Below, piece by piece: positions 39,355-53,100 of a DNA stretch of 64,000 nt. How positions within the stretch are numbered: position 1 is the stretch's first letter; each line of letters begins with the position of its first letter. The DNA is taken from the NCBI GenBank assembly GCA_964016885.1, contig OZ024764.1, forward strand, positions 26,598,001 to 26,662,000, given 5' to 3'. Origin of the DNA: Eledone cirrhosa. Taxonomy: Eukaryota. The translations under genes were made by a program, and so were the position numbers. Under the pieces are notes generated by a model. That model made no database searches and had not been told where the DNA came from. It worked only from the letters and a program-made list of their open reading frames with translations.

Positions 39355-39420
39355 GCGGGCCACTCTGACTGGTCAGGTGGGCTCGATTGTGGCCCGCGGG
39401 CCGCCTGTTGTACGCCCCTC
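39355..39420 (+). mobile_element. hAT-like 3' terminus
   Basis: gcgggcc...tggcccgcgggccgcctgttgtacgcccctc followed by ctttagac. GCGGGCC subterminal motifs, a ...ccctg-like end and an NTCTAGAN-like flank are typical of hAT elements. Confidence 0.6.
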
Positions 39421-39458
39421 CTTTAGACAGAATATCTATCACTGTTAAGTAATAATGT

Positions 39459-39662
39459 GATCTGTCGGCCAACTACATTTTCCAGCCTGTGGCGTTTGGG
39501 GGAGTCGGGATACTGACTGCGAGATTCCTATCTTCACTGGCGGCTAGCCTGACGAAGGTGACTGGTGAAGCTCGTGAGGGCACTTGGTTGTTCCAGCTCC
39601 TCAGCCTCGCCATCGCCCGAGGTAACGCTGCAGACGTGCTGGCTTGCCTAAAAAATCATTAG
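39459..39662 (+). pseudogene. CRE-type non-LTR retrotransposon, extreme C-terminus of the RLE domain
   Basis: DLSANYIFQPVAFGGVGILTARFLSSLAASLTKVTGEAREGTWLFQLLSLAIARGNAADVLACLKNH* (cf. YxFxPxA..TGxxRExxWLxQRLSxAxxRGNAA). Confidence 0.8.
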
Positions 39663-39745
39663 AGAGGTTTCCCAGTGCTCCTCGCGATACTGTTAACTTT
39701 TGATCTAGTAGCAGCTCGTTTGTCCACCCCTTTCGCCTGCCTTTG

Positions 39746-39935
39746 GTTGTATGTCGTCCTAGATGTGTGTATTACCTGCTTGTGTGTTGTATGTGGTCCT
39801 AGATGTGTTATTACCTGCTTATGTGGTCCTAGATGTATGTATTACCTGCTGGTGTGTTGTATGTGGTCCCAGATGTGTGGATTACCTGTTTTTGTGTTGT
39901 ATGTGGTCCCAAATGTGTGTGCTACCCGCTTCTGT
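39746..39935. repeat. ~40-bp degenerate minisatellite, about 5 units
   Basis: gttgtatgtggtcctagatgtgtgtattacctgcttgtgt variants in tandem. Confidence 0.85.
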
Positions 39936-40516
39936 GATTTGTTTCTTCTTCCTCTCTTCCGAGAAACAATCGTGTATTTTTTAAATCTATTCCATGCGTT
40001 AAGTAATTAGCAGCAACAACAAACTGATTTTCAGTTGTAAAAAGAATCTTTAAACCTTCACCATTTACATTAACACATACCATACGTTGTCCCAGCCACA
40101 AATAAACAGTAAAAAAAACTTACTTTGCGGTTAAATTCGTCACAATTAAAAGAAAAATATTTCTAACACGTTTCTAGACAACACCAAGTTTACACCTTCA
40201 ATATCCGGTAAAAGTAAAAACAAATTCTGGAGACATTTAACGAAACGAAACTATGTAAAGAAAAACGAAAATTAAACGAAGACAAATAGTAAATTTTAAT
40301 TTTTATTAAATAAAATACCAGTAATTCACTGCAGTAGATTTAATCAACTTTAGTCTCTCTGCACAAAAGAAGAAAAAAATTCCTGACTTAGTGCTTAATA
40401 TATAGAGAGGGGGAGAGTTTGGTGTTTCTTCATATAGAGAGGGGTATTGGAAGAGAGTGCCGTGTAGTAGATATAGAGAGGGAGAGAGTTAGTGCTAATT
40501 GATATAAAGAGGGGGA

Positions 40517-41574
40517 TATTCAATTATCCCCTGTGGGGCGTGCACCCCACGTTGAGAATACCTCATAAATAAATATATGTGAGTGTGTTTCTATGACTGC
40601 TATTTCTAGCAGGTTTACTGCAGTCCTGTAGACGCACAACAAAAACCGGAAGTGGCAGCCATTAAAAAACTTTGGCTTAAAATCAGGCAAAAGTTTTTTA
40701 ACAATTTGCCAAGAAAGATAACTCTTGTCTTACTTAATCGCAAAAATCGAGGCAAAAATTTTGCGGGTGTGCAGTTTGTTTGGTGTATTTGACTGCTATT
40801 TCTAGCATGTATGGACACTTTAGAAATAGCAGCGAAAAACGGAAAACAGCAGAAAGAAGGACACACACCTATATATATATATATATATATATACCAGCTA
40901 TACACTCACCCATACATATATATATATATATACCAGCTATACACACACCCATATCTACGTATAGGTGTGTGTGCGCGCGTGTATGTATATATAAATATAT
41001 ATATTTAAATGTATATATCTGTGCATATATATATGTATATATGTATATATATATGTATATATGTATATATATATATATATATACAGATACATAATTATAT
41101 ATATATATATACTTGTGTGACCTTCTTTCTTATGTTTCCCGTGTTTTGCTGCTATTTCTAAAGTGTCCATATATGCTAGAAATAGCAGTCAAATACACCA
41201 AACAAACTGCACACCCGCAACATTTTTGCCTCGATTTTTGCGATTAAGTAAGACAAGAGTTATCTTTCTTGGCAAATTGTTAAAAAACTTTTGCCTGATT
41301 TTAAGCCAAAGTTTTTTAATGGCTGCCACTTCCGGTTTTTGTTGTGCGTCTACAGGACTGCAGTAAACCTGCTAGAAATAGCAGTCATAGCAACACACTC
41401 ACATATATTTATTTATGAGGGATTCTCAACGTGGGGTGCACGCCCCACAGGGGATAATTTGAATATAATAGGGGTCAATTTGAAAGTCATATAATACGAC
41501 CCAACTCCCTGTTACACTTCGTATACACATGTTATCGTGTATCTGGCAGCACCTGCGAGAAGTTTGTTTACATT
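40517..41574. mobile_element. Foldback inverted repeat P' (duplicate of P)
   Basis: Arms ~40517-40870 and ~41115-41574 are reverse complements. The spacer matches 2540-2710 with microsatellite changes. Confidence 0.9.
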
Positions 41575-41599
41575 AATAAAAACGATGATTCGTTGTCTT

Positions 41600-42219
41600 C
41601 AGTAGTTCCAAACCTTTTTTGCTCCATGCCCCACCTCAACGTTTAAAAATTAGGTTTATGTTCCCCTTTAATATAGAAATAAACCGAGTCTTGTAAAAGT
41701 GTTACTACTGTAATATAAAGTAGAAATGCTTTAATTAAACAAAGCTACGATGCCGCGATGATCAAAACAAACTTCAAAATATAAACAAACTTCTCGTAGC
41801 TGCTGCCAGATACACGATAACATGTGAACAAAGTGTAACTGGAAGTTTGGTCGTATTATATCACTTTCTAATTGGCCCCTATTAAATTCAAATTGCCCCC
41901 TGTGGGGCGTGTACCCTTCGTTGAGAATCCCTGATATATAAATATACATAAGTGTGTTGTTATGACTGCTATTTCTAGTAGGTTTCTGGCTGTCCTGTAG
42001 ACGCACAACAAAAACCGGAAGTGGCAGCCATTAAAAAACTTCGGCTTAAAATCAGCCAAAAGATTTTCAATAATAGTAAAATTTTATTTTTGACAAGGAC
42101 GATAACTTTTGTCTTACTTAATCGCAAAAATCGAGGCAAAAATTTTGCGGGTGTCCAGTTAACACGCTAAAATAAACCTGCTAGAAATAGCAGTCATAGC
42201 CACTCACATATATTTATAT

Positions 42220-42255
<36 letters not shown>

Positions 42256-42648
42256 CCAAACACACACACTTATATATGTACGTGTGTGTGTGTTGACCGC
42301 TATATATATATATAGCAGCCAAACACATACACAGACACACATATATATATATATACATGTGTGTGTCCTCCTCTCGTCTATGGCTGTTATTTTTACATTG
42401 TCCTTTTTGTTATTTTTCTCGGGATTTGCCCGGATTCGAACATGCGACCACCTATTTACAATATAGAATCTTTACAGCTTTACTGACTTTTAAGTAATCG
42501 AAGTTGTAACCCCGGATTTAGGGGTGTTTAATTTATTTTGAAGTATTTTATTATTGGTCTTAGTTAGACGATCGTCCAAGACCATGCTGGGGCATATATA
42601 TATATATGTATATATATGTGTGTGTGTATGCTGGGGCATATATATATA

Positions 42649-42702
<54 letters not shown>

Positions 42703-43392
42703 CTGGGGCATATATATATATGTGTGTGTGTGTATATATATATATGTGTGTGTGTGTGTGTCCTTTCTGTTATTCGCTGCTATTTCTAAAGTGTCCATAT
42801 ATATATCATATATATATATATATGATATATAAATATATGTAAGTGAGTTGCTATGACTGCTATTTCTAGCAGGTTTATTTTTAGCGTGTAAACTGCACAC
42901 CCTCAAAATTTTTGCCTCGATTTTTGCGATTAAGTAAGACAAAAGTTATCGTCCTTGTCAAAAATAAAATTTTACTATTATTGAAAATCTTTTGGCTGAT
43001 TTTAAGCCAAAGTTTTTTAATGGCTGCCACTTCCGGTTTTTGTTGTGCGTCTACAGGACTGCAGTAAACCTGCTAGAAATAGCAGTCATAGCAACACACT
43101 CACATATATTTATTTATGAGGGATTCTCAACGTGGGGTGCACGCCCCACAGGGGATAATTTGAATATAATAGGGGTCAATTTGAAAGTCATATAATACGA
43201 CCCAACTCCCTGTTACACTTCGTATACACATGTTATCGTGTATCTGGCAGCACCTGCGAGAAGTTTGTTTACATTTTGGGGTTTGCTTTGATGATCGCTG
43301 CATCGCAGCTTTGTTTAAATAAAGGGTTTCTACTTTATATTACAGTAATAACACTTTTACAAGACTCGGATTGTTTTTATATTAAAGGGGAC
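41600..43392. mobile_element. Second foldback inverted repeat P'' with a hAT-like left terminus
   Basis: Starts CAGTAGTTCCAAACCTTTTT. Arms ~41660-42215 and ~42830-43392 are reverse complements. Mirrored spurious ORFs 41868-42059(-) and 42992-43195(+). Confidence 0.88.
42421..42460 (-). other. tRNA/SINE-like B-box remnant in the P'' spacer
   Basis: Minus strand ggtcgcatGTTCGAATCCgggcaaatccc. No full cloverleaf is recognisable. Confidence 0.3.
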
Positions 43393-45569
43393 ATGTTTTT
43401 TAAACTCTGAACTCAGCATCTTTCTGTTGTTCTCCGGGATTCTAGCAAAGTATAAAAATATATATATATATATATAGATATATATATATATATCTGGCAG
43501 TCAACCTCAGACTCGAAAAAGCCGCCGCTAATCGTGATCGTTGGGGTTACAATTAGACTAAAGTGCTTCCACTGGGCACCATTAGCTGGTTGTGATCATT
43601 GGAGAATTCTTTCTGCGCTGAAAGAGCCTAGGACAAAAATATATATATATAGATGTCGAAACGGCAGTAGCACAGCCGTTGGGGTCCTGAATATTTTCAC
43701 ATCTATATATGTGTGTGTATTCTGCGACATTTATAATTACATAAGCAAGCATATTTGAATAACAAAATTTGAGGTTTAAATACTTTATTTTTTACCAATA
43801 ACATAGAGAAAGGCATGAACAACACCACATGTTAATTACTTTAATATTGAAAGTAGGCTTATAAATATTAAAAAAGCAGATTTTTGTATCTTTCATGGTG
43901 GTCTGGTGGGTGATACCAGAGATGGTGGTAGTCCTGGTTTCGGTTTCAATCCTGGTCATGGGTTACATATAAGGTCTCATTTTTTTTTTTCTTTCTTTCA
44001 GTTTTCTTCTTATCTCTAGATATAAATATATATACATAAGGTAATTTGGTAGAATTGTTAGAACATCAGATAGAATTCTTTGCAGTATTTTTCCTGTTCT
44101 TTACTCTGAGTTCAACTTTACCTTTCTTCCATTCGGTGTCGATAAGTCTTGAATATGTCTAACGTAGCAATAACTGGAGCTACTTAACCAAGTTTTCCCA
44201 ACCTAGTCGATGTCACCTACTGGTTGGCGATTTAAACTGTTGGCTGGGACAATGACCAACTAATCAGTCAGATTCGAACTCACTATGTCTGGCATATATT
44301 TTATATTTTATATTTGAATGAAGTTCTGTAAGTAACCTGGTGGCTTAGATGGCAATACTGCTCGAATAGATGGCTTCTATTATGAAGTTATAAGTTCATT
44401 CCCTATCCAGGATTGTAGAATTAATTTTATTTAGTTATTATTTAATCAATTGTTTTAACAAACAAATTCTGTCTATAAAACGCCAAATATAGTGAGTTCA
44501 AATCTGACTGACATGCATGGTATATATTTATGTTTCATTATACAGCGACACAATACACAGGAACTTATAAAGATATGTATATATTGTCCAGGAGTTTCGA
44601 GTTTAGTGGGAATTGGTACAACTCTCAATTGGAGCTAGTCCCTGCAAGACCAGCATAAATAATGTTATACCTTTTCATGAAATCTTGCACACCCGATATT
44701 TTATACATGATTATCTAAAGGTGAACAAAAACCAAAGAACATTGTGCAGCATTTCTCAACCTTTCTACCCATGTCGATCTCTTGAAATAGTTTTTATGTC
44801 TCAGGGAAGCCCTGCATAAAATATACTTTTTCTATCTCTAGAGCAGTGGTTCCCAAATCGTGTGCTGCGAGATGAAACAAGATGAGCTGCAAAAGACTAA
44901 GATTAAGTTTTATGATGTGAAAAATATAAAACTGAAATTTCATATAAAAGTTCAAATATAGCTACAGCCACAAACCTAGGCTCCACACCCCGCAATGCAG
45001 AGGATAGTAAGATAGTACCAAGGCCTGACTCACCTCTTCCACTCCATTGAGACCTCTGCCATACTTGGTCCCTGTACTGCTGATTTCCTCCATAAAGTCG
45101 GGAGGAAAGATGACAGGAGCCTCATGAGGAGGGGCGACTATTGTAGCAGGTGTCTCTGGCCTTGCTCCGAGGTAACGCTTTTACGTTTCTTCCACAGGTT
45201 GCGGCTGAGGGACCACTTAGACTGGGGTGAAGTGTTTGTCCCTCCCCCGACTTCTTACTTCTTTTTTTTTCTCCTTTTCATTTTCTTTTCTCTTCTTGCT
45301 TATCTCTGCTATACCACGGCATCAAAAACATATATGATATATGTATGTATGGTATAGGTGTATTTATATTTAGGATAGTTATCAAAGGTAAATAGACTGG
45401 TTGGAGCAATAACAGCCTTGTTTATGTATATACATATATATATATATTTACATGTTTGTTCTTGTATTTCCATAGAAAAGGTAAAGAAAAGAAGAGTGCT
45501 CTATGTATTGTACAGAGCTATTTAATTACATAATAAACAACAGAATGGAAAACATTCAGACAGAGAAGA

Positions 45570-46287
45570 ATGGATAATGAGCGTTGTAAGAGAAATTGGC
45601 CAACAATTAATATTAATGGAAATGTAGAAGAATTTCATATTAGTGATATGAATGTTTCGTGTGATCACTGTGGAGCTTTGAAATTTAGAAATGAAAATTG
45701 TAACTGTTGTAATAAAGGAAAGGTTGTGTTGCCACCATTGCAAATATACCCTGAGAGACTGAGAAATCTCTTTGAAAGAGGCCAGGAAGCAGTTGATTTC
45801 ACAGAAACATCTGCAATTAAAACTACATTTATTTCACTTCATTTGGTGTTACCACCCGGCAGAGGCCCGTATAGCTTTCATATTCAGGGTCAAACATATC
45901 ACTACACCCCCATCTCTGTAACCTGCAGAAAATACACCACAATATGACCAGTTATATATTATTGATGGGAACGAAGGTGTGTAGCACAGATTGGAAGTAC
46001 AACCAAATAATTGTTTCTGGCACAAGGCCAGCAATTACTGGTACTTTATTCTATCGACCTCATAAGGATGAAAACAAAGTCAACCTTGGAGGGATTTGAA
46101 CCCAGAACGTAAATGGCCATAACCCTATGCTGTAAAGCATGGTGTCTGGCGCTCTACCGATACTGCCAATCCACTGCCCTAGTACCAACAAATAATGACT
46201 GCTCACCATAAAAAATGGCTATGATAAGAGAAGTGTTGCATGAACGTAATTCATATGTCGAAGTGTACAATACAATGCATGGCATCA
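45570..46287 (+). pseudogene. Helitron 5' fragment (copy B) containing a SINE at 46012-46179(-)
   Basis: Near-identical to 10876-11593, with an extra premature stop at 45945-45947. Confidence 0.85.
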
Positions 46288-46415
46288 CAAATGAATATAT
46301 ATATATATATATATATATATACTACTAAAGTGTATGTAAAATTTTAAAATAAATACTTAAATTCAATTTGTATAATTACACATACAATATGTTTTGTTGT
46401 AAAACCCTAAATAAT

Positions 46416-46542
46416 TGTTTCTACTTTTTGGCACAAGGCCAGCAATTACCCAGTGCATTACTGGTACTTTATTTTATCGACCCCGTAAGGATGAAAGGCA
46501 AAGTCAACCTCAGCGGGATTTGAACTCAGATCGTTAAGGGAC
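46416..46542 (-). mobile_element. 5'-truncated SINE with a 17-bp target-site duplication, absent from copy A
   Basis: gtaaaaccctaaataat at 46399-46415, 46543-46559 and 46560-46576. A single empty-site copy lies at 11715-11731. Confidence 0.9.
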
Positions 46543-47018
46543 GTAAAACCCTAAATAATGTAAAACCCTAAATAATGATTTAAGAAATGATGTCAATCTC
46601 TTTGTACAGAGAAAAACAATTTATATATATGCATTGTGTGCGCGTGTATACTCCATTTAAGACATTGAAAAACCTAGTACCTCCTTCAAAGAATGCCAAA
46701 TAGTTTATGCCTAAGGTGTAACACTAATTAAGTTACCGGTGTAGATATTTCAGTTGAACGCTGCTTCAAACATGCATATTATTATTATATATTTTCAAAC
46801 ACACTTACATACATTATATTTATACACATAGAAATAATAAGTTAAAACTAAAGTATAATGATATAACAACAGTATATAATAGTTTTCTTCACTTTATTGA
46901 AATCCAATCGTTTTAAAGAAAAAACATGACAGTATAAGAAATATTTAATATGATAACATAATATTTCAGGTAGGATGGTGGTTTCTCTATGATGGTGGTT
47001 TCTCTTTGAACTAATAAT

Positions 47019-47160
47019 TGTTTCTATTTTAGGCACAAGGTCAGTAATTAACCAGTACATTACTAGTACTTTATTTTATCGACCCCGTAAGGATGAAAGG
47101 CAAAGTTGACCTCGGATCGTAAAGGGACGTAACTATGCTGGAAAGCATGGCGTCAGACCC
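47019..47160 (-). mobile_element. SINE (duplicate of 12174-12339), truncated by the satellite
   Basis: Identical core. Ends at cgtcagaccc, fused directly to GA modules. Confidence 0.85.
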
Positions 47161-50100
47161 GAGAGACAGAGAGAGCGAGATGACACGAGACAGAGAGCGA
47201 GATGAAATGAGAGAGAGAGAGAGAGAGATGAAACGAGAGAGAGAGTGCGAGATGAAACGAGAGTGAGAGAGCGAGATGAAACGAGAGAGTGAGAGCGAGA
47301 TGAAATGAGAGAGAGAGAGAACGAGATGAAATGAGAGAGAGAGAGAGCGAGATGAAATGAGACATAGAGAGATGAAACGAGAGAGAGATGAAACGAGAAA
47401 GAGAGGAAACGAGAGAGAGGAAACGTGAGTAGAGAGCGAGATGAAACAGGAGAGAGAGAGCGAGATGAAACGAGAGGGAGAGAGAGATGAAACGAGAGAG
47501 CGAGAGAGAGATAGAGGGAAATGAAACGACAGAGAGAGAGACAGATGAAACGAGGGATATAGAGATGAAACGAGAGAGAGAGATGAAACGAGAGAGAGGA
47601 AGAGAGAGATAGAACGAGAGAGAGGAAGAGAGAGATGAAACGAGAGAGAAGAAGACAGAGGTGAAACGAGAGAGAGAGAGAGCGAGATGAAACGAGAGAG
47701 AGAGAGCGAGATGAAACGAGAGAGAGGAAGAGAGAGAGCGAGAGATGAAACTCTGTCATGGACATATCTGACCCTGGGGCTAATAATTGTCATGTAATGT
47801 TATGGACATCTCTGCCCCTGTGGCTAATAATTCTGTCATGTAATGTTATGGAAATCTCTGCCCCTGTGGCTAATAATTCTGACATGTAATGTTATGGAAT
47901 CTCTGCCCCTGTGGCTAATAAATCTGTCATTTAATGTTACGGACATCTCTGCCACTGTGGCTAATAAATCTGTCATGTAATGTTATGGACATCTCTGCCC
48001 CTGTGGCTAATAATTCTGACATGTAATGTTATGGACATCTCTGCCCCTGTAGCTAATAATTCTGACATGTAATGTTATGGACATCTCTGCCCCTGTGGCT
48101 AATAAATTCGGCATGTAATGTTATGGACATCTCTGCCCCTGTGGCTAATAAATCTGTCATGTAATGTTATGGACATCTCTGCCCCTGTGGCTAATAATTC
48201 TGACATGTAATGTTATGGACATCTCTGCCCCTGTGGCTAATAATTCTGACATGTAATGTTATGGACATCTCTGCCCCTGTGGCTAATAATTCTGAGAGAG
48301 ATGAAACAAGTGAGGGATTAGAGAGAGATGAAACAAGTGAGGGATTAGAGTGTTGAAACAAGAGAGAGAGAGGAAGAGAGAGTGAGAGCGAGATGAAACG
48401 AGAGAGAGAGAGAGCGAGATGAAATGAGAGAGAGAGAGCGAGATGAAATGAGAGAGAGAGAGCGAGATGAAACGAGACAGAGAGAGCGGGATGAAACGTG
48501 ACAGAGAGAGCAAGAGCGAGATGAAACGAGACAGAGAGAGCGAGATGAAACGAGAGAGAGAGAGCGAGATGAAATGAGAGAGAGAGAGCGAGATGAAATG
48601 AGAGAGAGAGAGCGAGATGAAACGAGAGAGTGAGAGCGAGATGGAACGAGACAGAGAGAGCGAGATGAAACGAGAGTAGGAGAGCTAGATGAAACGAGAG
48701 AGAGAGGAAACGAGAGATACGAAACGAGAGAGAGGAAACGAGAGTAGAGAGCGAGATGAAACAGGAGAGAGAGAGCGAGATGAAACAGGAGAGAGAAAGC
48801 GAGATGAAACGAGAGGGAGAGAGAGATGAAACGAGAGAGCGAGAGAGAGATAGAGGGAGATGAAACGAGGGAGATAGAGATGAAACGAGAGAGAGAGATG
48901 AAACGAGAGAGAGGAAGAGAGAGATGGAACGAGAGAGAGGAAGAGAGAGATGGAACGAGAGAGAGGAAGACAGAGATGAAACGAGAGAGAGAGAGAGCAA
49001 GATGAAACGAGAGAGAGGAAGAGAGAGATGGAACGAGAGAGAGGAAGAGAGAGATGGAACGAGCGAGAGGAAGACAGAGATGAAACGAGACAGAGAGAGA
49101 TCGAGATGAAACGAGAGAGAGGAAGAGAGAGAGCGCAAGATGAAACGAGAGAGAGAGAGCGAGATGAAACGAGAGAGAGGAAGAGAGAGAGCGCGAGATG
49201 AAACGAGAGAGAGGAAGAGAGAGAGCGCGAGATGAAGTGAGAGAGAGAGAGCGAGATGAAATGAGAGATTGAGAGTGAGATGAAACGAGAGAGTGAGAGA
49301 GAGCGAGATGAAATGAGAGAGAGAGAGCCAGATGAAATGAGAGAGAGAGAGAGCGAGATGAAATGAGAGAGAGAGAGCGAGATGAAACGAGACAGAGAGA
49401 GCGGGATGAAACGAGACAGAGAGATCGAGATGAAATGAGAGAGAGAGAGCGAGATGAAACGAGAGAGTGAGAGCGAGATGGAACGAGTCAGAGAGAGCGA
49501 GATGAAACGAGAGAGTGAGAGCTAGATGAAACGAGAGAGAGAGGAAACGAGAGAGAGAGGAAACTAGAGAGAGGAAACAAGAGAGAGGAAACGAGAGTAG
49601 AGAGCAAGATGAAACAGGAGAGAGAGAGAGCGAGATGAAACCGGAGAGAGAGAGCGAGATGAAACGAGAGGGAGGGAGAGATGAAACGAGAGAGCGAGAG
49701 AGAGATAGAGGGAGATGAAACGAGAGAGTGATAGCTAGATGAAACGAGAGAGAGAGGAATAGAGAGATGGAACGAGAGAGAGGAAGACAGATATGAAACG
49801 AGAGAGAGAGAGAGCGAGATGAAACGAGAGAGAGGAAGAGAGAGAGCGCGAGATGAAACGAGAGAGAGAGAGCGAGATGAAACGAGAGAGAGAGAGCGAG
49901 ATGAAACGAGAGAGAGAGAGCGAGATGAAACGAGAGAGAGGAAGAGAGAGAGCGCGAGATGAAAGTCTGTCATGTAATGTTATGGACATATCTGCCCTTG
50001 GGGCTAATAATTGTCATGTAATGTTATGGACATATCTACCCTTGGGGCTAATAATTGTCATGTAATTTTATGTACATCTCTGCCCCTGTGGCAAATAATT

Positions 50101-53100
50101 CTGTCATGTAATGTTATGGACATCTCTGTCCCTGTGGCTAATAATTATGTCATGTAATGTTATGGACATCTCTGCCCCTGTGGCTAATAATTCTGTCATG
50201 TAATGTTATGGACATCTCTGCCCCTGTGGCTAATAAATTTGTCATGTAATGTTATGGACATCTCTGCCCCTGTGGCTAATAAATCTGTCATGTAATGTTA
50301 TGGACATCTCTGCCCCTGTGGCTAATAATTCTGACATGTAATGTCATGGATATCTCTGCCCCTGTGGCTAATAATTCTGAGAGAGATGAAACAAGTGAGG
50401 GATAAGAGAGAGATGAAACAAGTGAGGGATTAGAGTGTTGAAACAAGAGAGAGAGAGGAAGAGAGAGTGAGAGCGAGATCAAACGAGAGAGAGAGAGAGA
50501 GCGAGATGAAATGAGAGAGAGAGAGCGAGATGAAATGAGAGAGAGAGAGCGAGATGAAACGAGACAGAGAGAGCCGGATGAAACGTGACAGAGAGAGCAA
50601 GAGCGAGATGAAACGAGATAGAGAGAGCGAGATGAAACGAGAGAGAGAGAGCGAGATGAAATGAGAGAGAGAGAGCGAGATGAAATGAGAGAGAGAGAGC
50701 GAGATGAAACGAGAGAGTGAGAGCGAGATGGAACGAGACAGAGAGAGCGAGATGAAACGAGAGTAGGAGAGCTAGATGAAACGATAGAGAGAGGAAACGA
50801 GAGATACGAAACGAGAGAGAGGAAACGAGAGTAGAGAGCGAGATGAAACAGGAGAGAGAGAGTGAGATGAAACAGGAGAGAGAAAGCGAGATGAAACGAG
50901 AGGGAGAGAGAGATGAAACGAGAGAGCGAGAGAGAGATAGAGGGAGATGAAACGACAGAGAGAGAGACAGATGAAACGAGGGAGATAGAGATGAAACGAG
51001 AGAGAGAGATGAAACGAGAGAGAGGAAGAGAGAGATGGAACGAGAGAGAGGAAGAGAGAGATGGAACGAGAGAGAGGAAGACAGAGATGAAACGAGAGAG
51101 AGAGAGAGCAAGATGAAACGAGAGAGAGGAAGAGAGAGATGGAACGAGAGAGAGGAAGAGAGAGATGGAACGAGCGAGAGGAGGACAGAGATGAAACGAG
51201 ACAGAGAGAGATCGAGATGAAACGAGAGAGAGGAAGAGAGAGAGCGCAAGATGAAACGAGAGAGAGAGAGAGAGCGAGATGAAACGAGAGAGAGGAAGAG
51301 AGAGAGCGCGAGATGAAACGAGAGAGAGGAAGAGAGAGAGCGCGAGATGAAGTGAGAGAGAGAGAGCGAGATGAAATGAGAGATTGAGAGTGAGATGAAA
51401 CGAGAGAGTGAGAGAGAGCGAGATGAAATGAGAGAGAGAGAGCGAGATGAAATGAGAGAGAGAGAGCGAGATGAAATGAGAGAGAGAGAGCGAGATGAAA
51501 CGAGACAGAGAGAGCGGGATGAAACGAGACAGAGAGATCGAGATGAAATGAGAGAGAGAGAGCGAGATGAAATGAGAGAGAGAGAGCGAGATGAAACGAG
51601 AGAGTGAGAGCGAGATGGAACGAGTCAGAGAGAGCGAGATGAAACGAGAGAGTGAGAGCTAGATGAAACGAGAGAGAGAGGAAACGAGAGAGAGAGGAAA
51701 CGAGAGAGAGAGGAAACTAGAGAGAGGAAACAAGAGAGAGGAAACGAGAGTAGAGAGCAAGATGAAACAGGAGAGAGAGAGAGCGAGATGAAACCGGAGA
51801 GAGAGAGCGAGATGAAACGAGAGGGAGGGAGAGATGAAACGAGAGAGCGAGAGAGAGATAGAGGGAGATGAAACGAGAGAGTGATAGCTAGATGAAACGA
51901 GAGAGAGAGGAATAGAGAGATGGAACGAGAGAAAGGAAGACAGATATGACACGAGAGAGAGAGAGAGCGAGATGAAACGAGAGAGAGGAAGAGAGAGAGC
52001 GCGAGATGAAACGAGAGAGAGAGAGCGAGATGAAACGAGAGAGAGAGAGCGAGATGAAACGAGAGAGAGAGAGCGAGATGAAACGAGAGAGAGAGAGCGA
52101 GATGAAACGAGAGAGAGGAAGAGAGAGAGCGCGAGATGAAAGTCTGTCATGTAATGTTATGGACATATCTGCCCTTGGGGCTAATAATTGTCATGTAATG
52201 TTATGGACATATCTACCCTTGGGGCTAATAATTGTCATGTAATGTTATGTACATCTCTGCCCCTGTGGCAAATAATTCTGTCATGTAATGTTATGGACAT
52301 CTCTGTCCCTGTGGCTAATAATTATGTCATGTAATGTTATGGACATCTCTGCCCCTGTGGCTAATAATTCTGTCATGTAATGTTATGGACATCTCTGCCC
52401 CTGTGGCTAATAAATTTGTCATGTAATGTTATGGACATCTCTGCCCCTGTGGCTAATAAATCTGTCATGTAATGTTATGGACATCTCTACCCCTGTGGCT
52501 AATAATTCTGACATGTAATGTTATGGATATCTCTGCCCCTGTGGCTAATAATTCTGAGAGAGATGAAACAAGTGAGGGATAAGAGAGAGATGAAACAAGT
52601 GAGGGATTAGAGTGTTGAAACAAGAGAGAGAGAGGAAGAGAGAGTGAGAGCGAGATCAAACGAGAGAGAGAGAGCGAGATGAAATGAGAGAGTGAGAGCG
52701 AGATGAAACGAGAGAGAGAGAGCGAGATGAAATGAGAGAGAGAGAGCGAGATGAAATGAGAGAGAGAGAGCGAGATGAAACGAGACAGAGAGAGCGAGGT
52801 GAAACGAGAGAGAGAGAGAGCGAAATGAAACGAGACAGATTAGAGCGAGATGAAACGAGAGAGAGAGAGCGAGATGAAATGAGAGAGAGAGAGCGAGATG
52901 AAACGAGAGAGTGAGAGCTAGAGGAAACGATAGAGAGAGGAAACGAGAGAGAGAGGAAACGAGAGAGAGGATACGAGAGAGAGGAAACGAGAGTAGAGAG
53001 CGAGATGAAACAGGAGAGAGAGAGCGAGATGAAACAGGAGAGAGAGAGAACGAGATGAAACGAGAGGGAGAGAGAGATGAAACGAGAGAGCGAGAGAGAG

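Noticed and set aside
4736-39428. hAT-like left end (4736 or ~10150) and right end (39420) as one giant composite transposon
   Set aside because: The putative TIRs match at only about half their positions. Flank similarity (ctctagag vs ctttagac) is explained by shared target preference.
41893-41910. tgccccctgtgg in foldback arms as the source of the 46-bp unit
   Set aside because: Only a 9-11 nt match with no flanking similarity.
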